A stretch of 64,000 nt of DNA from Eledone cirrhosa (lineage: Eukaryota): the NCBI GenBank assembly GCA_964016885.1, contig OZ024753.1, positions 15,748,001 to 15,812,000 of the forward strand. The letters are read 5' to 3'. Positions 51,801-64,000 of the stretch are shown here, piece after piece. Position numbers and translations under genes: made by a program. The notes beneath the pieces are model-generated. The model did not search any database. It was not told the origin of the DNA and saw only the letters and a program-made list of their open reading frames with translations. The stretch's first letter is position 1, and every line of letters begins with the position of its first letter.

Positions 51801-54800
51801 CTAACACTTTACAGAGTGTACTGGGTGTATTATATCATAGTACCAGTACTAACAGTTTACAGAGTGTACTGGGTGTATTATATCATAGTACCAGTACTAA
51901 CACTTTACAGAGTGTACTGGGTGTATTATATCATAGTACCAGTACTAACACTTTAGAGAGTGTACTGGGTGTATTATATCATAGTACCAGTACTAACACT
52001 TTACAGAGTGTACTGGGTGTATGATATCATGGCACTAGTACTAACAGATTACAGAATGTACTGGGTGTATTATATCATAGTACCAGTACTAACACTTTAC
52101 AGAGTGTACTGGGTGTAATATATCATGGTACCAGTACTAACACTTTACAGAGTCTACTAGGTGTAATATATCAAGGCACTAGGACTAACACTTTACAGAG
52201 TGTACTGGGTGTAATATATCATGGTACCAGTACTAACACTTTACAGTGTACTGGGTTTATTATATCATGGCACCAGTACTAACACTTTACAGAGTGTACT
52301 AGGTGTATTATATCATGACACCAGTGCTAACACTTTACAGAGTGAACTGGGTGTATTATATCATGGAACGAGTACTAACACTTTACAGTGTACTGGGTGT
52401 ATTATATCATGGCACTAGTACTAACACTTTACAGAGTTTACTGGGTGTATTATATCATGGCACTAGTACTAACACTTTACAGAGTGTACTGGGTGTATTA
52501 TATCATAGTACCAGTACTAACACTTTACAGAGTGTACTGGGTGTATTATATCATAGTACCAGTACTAACACTTTAGAGAGTGTACTGGGTGTATTATATC
52601 ATAGTACCAGTACTAACACTTTACAGAGTGTACTGGGTGTAATATATCATGGTACCAGTACTAACACTTTACAGAGTATACTGGGTGTAATATATCATGG
52701 TACCAGTGCAAACACTTTACAGAGTGTACTGGGTGCATTATATCATAGTATCAGTACTAACACTTTACAGAGTGTACTGGGTGTATTATATCATGGCACT
52801 ACTACTAACACTTTACAGAGTGTACTGGGTGTATTATATCATAGTACCAGTACTAACACTTTACAGAGTGTACTAGGTGTATTATATCATGGCACAAGTA
52901 CTAACACTTTACAGAGTTTACTGGGTGTATTATATCATGGCACTAGTACTAACACTTTACAGAGTGTACTGGGTGTATTATATCATGGCACTAGTACTAA
53001 CACTTTACAGAGTTTACTGGGTGTATTATATCATGGCACTAGTACTAACACTTTACAGAGTGTACTGGGTGTATTATATCATGGCACTAGTACTAACACT
53101 TTACAGAGTGTACTGGGTGTATTATATCATAGTACCAGTACTAACACTTTACAGAGTCTACTAGGTGTAATATATCAAGGCACTAGTACTAACACTTTAC
53201 AGAGTGTACTGGGTGTAATATATCATGGTACCAGTACAAACACTTTACAGTGTACTGGGTTTATTATATCATGGCACCAGTACTAACACTTTACAGAGTG
53301 TACTAGGTGTATTATATCATGACACCAGTGCTAACACTTTACAGAGTGAACTGGGTGTATTATATCATGGAACGAGTACTAACACTTTACAGTGTACTGG
53401 GTGTATTATATCATGGCACTAGTACTAACACTTTACAGAGTTTACTGGGTGTATTATATCATGGCACTAGTACTAACACTTTACAGAGTGTACTGGGTGT
53501 ATTATATCATAGTACCAGTACTAACACTTTACAGAGTTTACTGGGTGTATTATATCATGGCACTAGTACTAACACTTTACAGAGTGTACTGGGTGTATTA
53601 TATCATAGTACCAGTACTAACACTTTACAGAGTGTACTGGGTGTATTATATCATAGTACCAGTACTAACACTTTAGAGAGTGTACTGCGTGTATTATATC
53701 ATAGTACCAGTACTAACACTTTACAGAGTGTACTGGGTGTAATATATCATGGTACCAGTACTAACACTTTACAGAGTGTACTGGGTGTAATATATCATAG
53801 TACCAGTACTAACACTTTACAGAGTGTACTGGGTGTATTATATCATAGTACCAGTACTAACACTTTACAGAGTTTACTGGGTGTATTATATCATGGCACT
53901 AGTACTAACACTTTACAGAGTGTACTGGGTGTATTATATCATAGTACCAGTACTAACACTTTACAGAGTGTACTGGGTGTATTATATCATAGTACCAGTA
54001 CTAACACTTTAGAGAGTGTACTGCGTGTATTATATCATAGTACCAGTACTAACACTTTACAGAGTGTACTGGGTGTAATATATCATGGTACCAGTACTAA
54101 CACTTTACAGAGTGTACTGGGTGTAATATATCATGGTACCAGTACTAACACTTTACAGAGTGTACTGGGTGTATTATATCATGGCACTAGTACTAACACT
54201 TTACAGAGTGTACTGGGTGTATGATATCATGGCACTAGTACTAACAGATTACAGAATGTACTGGGTGTATTATATCATAGTACCAGTACTAACACTTTAC
54301 AGAGTGTACTGGGTGTATTATATCATGGTACCAGTACTAACACTTTACAGAGTGTACTGGGTGTATTATATCATAGTACCAGTACTAACAGTTTACAGAG
54401 TGTACTGGGTGTATTATATCATAGTACCAGTACTAACACTTTACAGAGTGTACTGGGTGTATTATATCATAGTACCAGTACTAACACTTTAGAGAGTGTA
54501 CTGGGTGTATTATATCATAGTACCAGTACTAACACTTTACAGAGTGTACTGGGTGTATGATATCATGGCACTAGTACTAACAGATTACAGAATGTACTGG
54601 GTGTATTATATCATAGTACCAGTACTAACACTTTACAGAGTGTACTGGGTGTAATATATCTTGGTACCAGTACTAACACTTTACAGAGTCTACTAGGTGT
54701 AATATATCAAGGCACTAGTACTAACACTTTACAGAGTGTACTGGGTGTAATATATCATGGTACCAGTACTAACACTTTACAGTGTACTGGGTTTATTATA

Positions 54801-57800
54801 TCATGGCACCAGTACTAACACTTTACAGAGTGTACTAGGTGTATTATATCATGACACCAGTGCTAACACTTTACAGAGTGAACTGGGTGTATTATATCAT
54901 GGAACGAGTACTAACACTTTACAGTGTACTGGGTGTATTATATCATGGCACTAGTACTAACACTTTACAGAGTTTACTGGGTGTATTATATCATGGCACT
55001 AGTACTAACACTTTACAGAGTGTACTGGGTGTATTATATCATAGTACCAGTACTAACACTTTACAGAGTGTACTGGGTGTATTATATCATAGTACCAGTA
55101 CTAACACTTTAGAGAGTGTACTGGGTGTATTATATCATAGTACCAGTACTAACACTTTACAGAGTGTACTGGGTGTAATATATCATGGTACCAGTACTAA
55201 CACTTTACAGAGTATACTGGGTGTAATATATCATGGTACCAGTACTAACACTTTACAGAGTATACTGGGTGTAATATATCATGGTACCAGTGCAAACACT
55301 TTACAGAGTGTACTGGGTGCATTATATCATAGTATCAGTACTAACACTTTACAGAGTGTACTGGGTGTATTATATCATGGCACTACTACTAACACTTTAC
55401 AGAGTGTACTGGGTGTATTATATCATAGTACCAGTACTAACACTTTACAGAGTGTACTAGGTGTATTATATCATGGCACTAGTACTAACACTTTACAGAG
55501 TTTACTGGGTGTATTATATCATGGCACTAGTACTAACACTTTACAGAGTGTACTGGGTGTATTATATCATGGCACTAGTACTAACACTTTACAGAGTTTA
55601 CTGGGTGTATTATATCATGGCACTAGTACTAACACTTTACAGAGTGTACTGGGTGTATTATATCATGGCACTAGTACTAACACTTTACAGAGTTTACTGG
55701 GTGTATTATATCATGGCACTAGTACTAACACTTTACGGAGTGTACTGGGTGTATTATATCATGGCACTAGTACTAACACTTTACAGAGTGTACTGGGTGT
55801 ATTATATCATGGCACTAGTACTAACAGATTACAGAGTTTACTGGGTGTATTATATCATGGCACTAGTACTAACACTTTACAGAGTGTACTGGGTGTAATA
55901 TATCATGGCACTAGTACTAACACTTTACAGAGTCTACTAGGTGTAATATATCAAGGCACTAGTACTAACACTTTACAGAGTGTACTGGGTGTAATATATC
56001 ATGGTACCAGTACAAACACTTTACAGTGTACTGGGTTTATTATATCATGGCACCAGTACTAACACTTTACAGAGTGTACTAGGTGTATTATATCATGACA
56101 CCAGTGCTAACACTTTACAGAGTGAACTGGGTGTATTATATCATGGAACGAGTACTAACACTTTACAGTGTACTGGGTGTATTATATCATGGCACTAGTA
56201 CTAACACTTTACAGAGTTTACTGGGTGTATTATATCATGGCACTAGTACTAACACTTTACAGAGTGTACTGGGTGTATTATATCATAGTACCAGTACTAA
56301 CACTTTACAGAGTGTACTGGGTGTATTATATCATGGCACTAGTACTAACAGATTACATAATGTACTGGGTGTATTATATCATAGTACCAGTACTAACACT
56401 TTACAGAGTGTACTGGGTGTATTATATCGTGGCACTAGTACTAACAGATTACAGAGTGTACTGGGTGTATTATATCATAGTACCAGTACTAACACTTTAC
56501 AGAGTGTACTGGGTGTAATATATCATGGTACCAGTACTAACACTTTACAGAGTATACTGGGTGTAATATATCATGGTACCAGTACAAACACTTTACAGAG
56601 TGTACTGGGTGCATTATATCATAGTATTAGTACTAACACTTTACAGAGTGTACTGGGTGTATTATATCATGACACTACTACTAACACTTTACAGAGTGTA
56701 CTGGGTGTATTATATCATAGTACCAGTACCAACACTTTACAGAGTGTACTGGGTGTATTATATCATGGCACTAGTACTAACACTTTACAGAGTTTACTGG
56801 GTGTATTATATCATGGTACCAGTACTAACACTTTACAGAGTGTACTGGGTGTATTATATCATGGTACCAGTACTAACACTTTACAGAGTGTGTTGGGTGC
56901 ATTATATCATAGTATCAGTACTAACACTTTACAGAGTGTACTGGGTGTATTATATCATGGCACTAGTACTAACACTTTACAGAGTGTACTGGGTGTATTA
57001 TATCATAGTACCAGTACTAACACTTTACAGAGTGTACTGGGTGTATTATATCATGGTACCAGTACTAACACTTTACAGAGTGTACTGGGTGTATTATATC
57101 ATAGTACCAGTACTAACACTTTACAGAGTGTACTGGGTGCATTATATCATAGTATCAGTACTAACACTTTACGGAGTGTACTGGGTGTATTATATCATGG
57201 CACTACTACTAACACTTTACAGAGTGTACTGGGTGTATTATATCATAGTACCAGTACTAACACTTTACAGAGTGTACTGGGTGTATTATATCATGGCACT
57301 AGTACTAACACTTTACAGAGTGTACTGGGTGTATTATATCATAGTACCAGTACTAACACTTTACAGAGTGTACTGGGTGTATTATATCATAGTACCAGTA
57401 CTAACACTTTAGAGAGTGTACTGGGTGTATTATATCATAGTACCAGTACTAACACTTTACAGAGTGTACTGGGTGTAATATATCATGGTACCAGTACTAA
57501 CACTTTACAGAGTATACTGGGTGTAATATATCATGGTACCAGTACTAACACTTTACAGAGTATACTGGGTGTAATATATCATGGTACCAGTGCAAACACT
57601 TTACAGAGTGTACTGGGTGCATTATATCATAGTATCAGTACTAACACTTTACAGAGTGTACTGGGTGTATTATATCATGGCACTACTACTAACACTTTAC
57701 AGAGTGTACTGGGTGTATTATATCATAGTACCAGTACTAACACTTTACAGAGTGTACTAGGTGTATTATATCATGGCACTAGTACTAACACTTTACAGAG

Positions 57801-60800
57801 TTTACTGGGTGTATTATATCATGGCACTAGTACTAACACTTTACAGAGTGTACTGGGTGTATTATATCATGGCACTAGTACTAACACTTTACAGAGTTTA
57901 CTGGGTGTATTATATCATGGCACTAGTACTAACACTTTACAGAGTGTACTGGGTGTATTATATCATGGCACTAGTACTAACACTTTACAGAGTTTACTGG
58001 GTGTATTATATCATGGCACTAGTACTAACACTTTACGGAGTGTACTGGGTGTATTATATCATGGCACTAGTACTAACACTTTACAGAGTGTACTGGGTGT
58101 ATTATATCATGGCACTAGTACTAACAGATTACAGAGTTTACTGGGTGTATTATATCATGGCACTAGTACTAACACTTTACAGAGTGTACTGGGTGTAATA
58201 TATCATGGCACTAGTACTAACACTTTACAGAGTCTACTAGGTGTAATATATCAAGGCACTAGTACTAACACTTTACAGAGTGTACTGGGTGTAATATATC
58301 ATGGTACCAGTACAAACACTTTACAGTGTACTGGGTTTATTATATCATGGCACCAGTACTAACACTTTACAGAGTGTACTAGGTGTATTATATCATGACA
58401 CCAGTGCTAACACTTTACAGAGTGAACTGGGTGTATTATATCATGGAACGAGTACTAACACTTTACAGTGTACTGGGTGTATTATATCATGGCACTAGTA
58501 CTAACACTTTACAGAGTTTACTGGGTGTATTATATCATGGCACTAGTACTAACACTTTACAGAGTGTACTGGGTGTATTATATCATAGTACCAGTACTAA
58601 CACTTTACAGAGTGTACTGGGTGTATTATATCATGGCACTAGTACTAACAGATTACATAATGTACTGGGTGTATTATATCATAGTACCAGTACTAACACT
58701 TTACAGAGTGTACTGGGTGTATTATATCGTGGCACTAGTACTAACAGATTACAGAGTGTACTGGGTGTATTATATCATAGTACCAGTACTAACACTTTAC
58801 AGAGTGTACTGGGTGTAATATATCATGGTACCAGTACTAACACTTTACAGAGTATACTGGGTGTAATATATCATGGTACCAGTACAAACACTTTACAGAG
58901 TGTACTGGGTGCATTATATCATAGTATTAGTACTAACACTTTACAGAGTGTACTGGGTGTATTATATCATGACACTACTACTAACACTTTACAGAGTGTA
59001 CTGGGTGTATTATATCATAGTACCAGTACCAACACTTTACAGAGTGTACTGGGTGTATTATATCATGGCACTAGTACTAACACTTTACAGAGTTTACTGG
59101 GTGTATTATATCATGGTACCAGTACTAACACTTTACAGAGTGTACTGGGTGTATTATATCATGGTACCAGTACTAACACTTTACAGAGTGTGTTGGGTGC
59201 ATTATATCATAGTATCAGTACTAACACTTTACAGAGTGTACTGGGTGTATTATATCATGGCACTAGTACTAACACTTTACAGAGTGTACTGGGTGTATTA
59301 TATCATAGTACCAGTACTAACACTTTACAGAGTGTACTGGGTGTATTATATCATGGTACCAGTACTAACACTTTACAGAGTGTACTGGGTGTATTATATC
59401 ATAGTACCAGTACTAACACTTTACAGAGTGTACTGGGTGCATTATATCATAGTATCAGTACTAACACTTTACGGAGTGTACTGGGTGTATTATATCATGG
59501 CACTACTACTAACACTTTACAGAGTGTACTGGGTGTATTATATCATAGTACCAGTACTAACACTTTACAGAGTGTACTGGGTGTATTATATCATGGCACT
59601 AGTACTAACACTTTACAGAGTGTACTGGGTGTATTATATCATAGTACCAGTACTAACACTTTACAGAGTGTACTGGGTGTATTATATCATGGCACTAGTA
59701 CTAACACTTTACAGAGTGTACTGGGTGTATTATATCATGGTACCAGTACTAACACTTTACAGAGTGTACTGGGTGTATTATATCATGGTACCAGTACTAA
59801 CACTTTACAGATTGTGCTGGGTGCATTATATCATAGTACTAGTACTAACACTTTACAGAGTGTACTGGGTGTATTATATCATGGCACTAGTACTAACACT
59901 TTACAGAGTTTACTGGGTGTATTATATCATGGCACTAGTACTAACACTTTACAGAGTGTACTGGGTGTATTATATCATGGTACCAGTACTAACACTTTAC
60001 AGAGTGTACTGGGTGTATTATATCATGGTACCAGTACTAACACTTTACAGAGTGTGCTGGGTGCATTATATCATAGTACCAGTACTAACACTTTACAGAG
60101 TGTGCTGGGTGCATTATATCATAGTATCAGTACTAACACTTTACAGAGTGTACTGGGTGTATTATATCATGGCACTAGTACTAACACTTTACAGAGTGTA
60201 CTGGGTGTATTATATCATAGTACCAGTACTAACACTTTACAGAGTGTACTAGGTGTATTATATCATGGCACTAGTACTAACAGATTACAGAATATACTGG
60301 GTGTATTATATCATAGTACCAGTACTATCACTTTACAGAGTGTACTGGGTGTATTATATCATAGTACCAGTACTAACACTTTACAGAGTGTACTAGGTGT
60401 ATTATATCATGGCACTAGTACTAACAGATTACAGAATATACTGGGTGTATTATATCATAGTACCAGTACTATCACTTTACAGAGTGTACTGGGTGTATTA
60501 TATCATAGTACTAGTACTAACACTTTACAGAGTGTACTGGGTGTATTATATCATAGTACCAGTACTATCACTTTACAGAGTTTACTGGGTGTATTATATG
60601 ATGGTACCAGTACTAACACTGTACAGAGTTTACTGGGTGTATTATATCATGGTACCAGTACTAACAGTTTACAGAGTATACTGGGTGTATTATATAATGG
60701 TACCAGTACTAACAGTTTACAGAGTGTACTGGGTGTAATTTATTGTAGCAATTCTTAGAGTGTATTGGGTGTATTATATCAGTGCACCAGTACTAACACT

Positions 60801-61030
60801 TTACAGAGTATACTGGGTGTATTATATCATGACACCAGTACTAACACTTTACAGAGTGTACTGGGTGTAATATATCATGGCACTAGTAATAACACTTTAC
60901 AGAGTATACTGGGTGTATTATATCATGACACCAGTACTAACACTTTACAGAGTGTACTGGGTGTGATTTATTGTGACACCAGTACTAACACTTTACAGAG
61001 TGTACTGGGTGTAATTTATTGTGACACTAG
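48875..61030. repeat. 48-bp satellite, ~250 copies, derived from a SINE-A-like internal unit
   Basis: Unit cactttacagagtgtactgggtgtattatatcatggcactagtactaa. Confidence 0.97.
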
Positions 61031-62319
61031 CATCAGAGATAGTGCCATGTACTCAGCAAGAGTAAAACACCCTCTCTCTCTGCAATATCATCTCTGTTCC
61101 ATCACCAAATAACAAAGTGTATTGAGTGCATTTTCTCATAACACTGACAGTAAAGACATACCAAAGGCCAAAGAGCCCCCCCCCCCTCTATTCTATCTTG
61201 TCTCTGCCCACCATTTTACTGTTTACTGAGTAAATGAGGTTGGTGTTAGGAAGGGCATCCAGCTGTAGAAATCAAGCCAGCATCAGTTCCCGTCCCACCC
61301 TTGCAAGCAGGGAAAAGCGGACGTAAAATGAAATGATGATGATGAGTACATTTCATCGTAATGCCATTACTTGAGAGTTTGTCCCATTCCCTGCAATGTT
61401 AAGGTGTCTCTTCACTCCATGTCATCTCAGATCTCTCACCATAGTTTCCATTACCATTGTAGTAGTAGTAGTATTATGGGATGGCTCTTACTGTATGGCA
61501 AGTCATCAGTCAACACAATCCTCTGTCATCTCTTTTCTGAGCTTTTCATTCATGAGGTTAATATCATCTAATGACGGTTCACTACTTATTTCATTGACCT
61601 GGGATGAGAGGAAAGATTGATTGCTGTGGACTTGAAACCTATCTTGTTGTTGGACACGACTACATACCAATCCAGGGCCTTCTCACTCCTTTTGGAGGGA
61701 CCTCTCCCTCGTTGAACTCCCCAGCTTTCTGTGTCGTTTTTGTGATGTTAGGAGTGTAGGTTGGTAAGATTATTTAACCCGTAGTTGTAGTGGATGGCTG
61801 TTGTCTGTTAAGAACCCATCTACCTTTTTAACAGCTCTGGCTTTTTCTGCTGCTGCCGGGGTTCCACTTACCCTCCTCACTGGACCAGGATCTTGTTGGG
61901 GAGCTGGTTTAGTCACCAACCACTGGATCATGAAGCAAGTTGTACTGGGTTACATGGTACCAGTATCCGGCAGAAGCCTGATCCTTCATCAACCACATAC
62001 ATCTTGGCATTATCCCGCCGAAGTTGACTTTGCCTTTCATCCTTACGGGGTCGATAAAATAAAGTACCAGTAATACACTGGGTAATTGCTGGCCTTGTGC
62101 CTAAAGTAGAAACAATTATTCACTAAGGAACTCCACTATTACCTACATTCCTACTCCTTGCTTACTTCTTTGCCCACTTATTCCTTGTAGGGTCTTGAAG
62201 GCAGAGTCCTCAAGTACTTCTAGCAGGTCCTGTCAGAAGCAACCATCTAGGGTCAGCTAACAGGCGGTTATGGCACAAACAGGGGTTTTCTCCAACACAG
62301 TGCTTCATTAAACTGTCTT

Positions 62320-62630
62320 CTTCTTCTTTGCCCACTTATTCCTGAGAGGGTCATGCGGGCAGAGCCCTCAAACACTCCTTCCAGTGGGTCCTGTCAGAAG
62401 CAACCACCTCCAACTGATCTGGCTGGATCTCTAAGCGAGACCAGCCAAGCTCAAAGATGTTATCCAACAGTCTTGCTTGGGTCTACCCCTGTCTCCCCTG
62501 CCAGTTGGTTTTGCCCATAAAATCTGTCCAGTGATTCTTTCTTCAGACATTCTAACCACATGTCCATAGTATCGGAGCTGTTATCTCTTAATTCGGAGAA
62601 AGAGCAGCTCTACCTGGAGTGACTCTCTCA
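62320..62630 (-). mobile_element. LINE 3' fragment (family of 9765-10280)
   Basis: Minus strand QLRYYGHVVRMSEERITGQILWAKPTG; partial duplicate at ~62160-62250. Confidence 0.75.
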
Positions 62631-63135
62631 TCTGTTTCATACAAAATAATCCTTGCTTACAAAAAGGATAATTATAAATTAGATATCAAGTTAATAGGAA
62701 CGATCGACTTTCGTCAAATCGGACCGAGGGAACAATGTTTCCGTTGGTCTTTCCAATTGCTAATACTATCTATCGATCACAACTCCAGGTAGAAGGAGCA
62801 ACGTGAAATAAAGTGTCTTGCTCAAAGACATAACGCATCGCCTGGTCCAGGAATCGAACTCACAACCTTACGATTGCGAATCCAATTCTCTAAACACTCA
62901 GCCACATGTCTTCACAAGTTAAAAGATGGTGGAAGGGCAGAAGAGTTAGAGACTCCAACAAAACACTTTGTAATTAGAAGTGATTAAAAACCTAAACAAT
63001 GAATATAAAGAGTTAAAACAAAATATTTCAAATATAAATATTTCTCTGAATATAAAATCTGGAACACCAGGAACTAATTTAGATTGGTTAATTTACGGAA
63101 CATTTCTTGGCATGGAAAAAACAAAAGGGATCTTA

Positions 63136-63179
63136 TATTCACTGATGAGTGTCTTATAAGACTGAAACATTTATGAATA
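63136..63179 (+). ncRNA. Minimal type I hammerhead ribozyme motif
   Basis: tattca-CTGATGA-gtgtcttataagact-GAAA-catt-TA-tgaata: perfect 6-bp stem I and intact core. Confidence 0.78.
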
Positions 63180-63619
63180 AAACATTGTTTTAATTCTTTC
63201 TATGATTGTTTGAACATAATGCATCACCCAGTACAGGAATTGAACTTACAACCTCATGATTGGGAATCTAATTCTCTAACCACTAAGCCACACACCTTCA
63301 CTGAAATAAGTACAAGATTAAAAGAATCTGTATCAAACTCTCTGTTTTCCAGAAAGACGCACAAGATACATCTAGTTAGATGATAGTATAACACTAAGAT
63401 AGTCATTCTTAGTTTGTATTGGCTACATTTTCCTTCTAGCTTTAGTATTTAGTCCTTTATGTGTGTGTGTACAGGGGGGAAAACAAACTGGTAAGTCAGC
63501 CACGGGTAGACGCTGAGCAAGATGGTTGGATAACATCCATGAGCTCGGTTGCTTCTGAAGGAGAGTTTGAAAACTCTGCCCATGACCCTTTCAGGAATAA
63601 GTGAGCAGGAGCAGGAGAG

Positions 63620-64000
63620 AAGCAGACAGGTCTTTTTCAGCCCAGCATCTCTCCACACACTGTATTCCTTCGTCATCTCCACTGAGAGTCTCAGCAATTT
63701 GAGGTCAGATCTCACCACCTCTGCCCATGTCTTCCTTCGTCTACCCCTACTGAGATTTCCTTCCACTGGGATTTCCTGGCACTTCTTCCCCCATCAATCA
63801 TCATCATCATCATCGTTTTACGTCCACTTTTCCCTGCTTGCAAGGGGGGGGACGGGAACTGATTCTGGCATGATTTCTACAGCTGGATGCCCTTTCTAAC
63901 ACCAACCTCATTTACAGTGAGTGCTGGGTGCTGTTTTGCCGTGGCACCTCCACGTCCACTTTGCAGTGTGGGCTGGGTGCTTTTTTGCCGTGGCACCTCC
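63620..64000 (-). mobile_element. RTE-like LINE 3' fragment (63620-63795) and SINE-A running off the window
   Basis: EGNLSRGRRRKTWAEVVRSDL; SINE-A tail and internal units. Confidence 0.85.

Noticed and set aside
48801-61112. Long ORFs with a 16-aa repeat (TNTLQSVLGVLYHGTS)
   Set aside because: Translation of a 48-bp SINE-derived satellite, broken by recurring 46-bp units and stops

Overview
AT-rich, repeat-saturated eukaryotic DNA. The SINE/microsatellite landscape looks like an octopus or other coleoid cephalopod genome (inference). No intact host protein-coding gene can be supported; nearly all long ORFs are artefacts of tandem repeats. The window contains decayed retroelements (several RTE-type LINE fragments, a 5'-intact Penelope-like RT, a CRE-like RLE endonuclease fragment), at least two tRNA-derived SINE families in many copies, piggyBac-, mariner/pogo- and hAT-like MITEs, six large minisatellite arrays, a 7-kb GGT/GTT array and a 200-N gap. 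Two themes stand out. (1) About ten type I hammerhead-ribozyme motifs (CUGANGA...GAAA-palindromic stem III-UH) sit in short non-coding elements that often form fold-back hairpins, including a U3-A8 covariant core and versions with a greatly enlarged stem II; this suggests a Penelope-mobilised, retrozyme-like system. (2) Most minisatellite arrays can be traced by eye to a short segment of the SINE, LINE or MITE in which they sit. All structure calls were made by eye and coordinates are approximate to a few bases.
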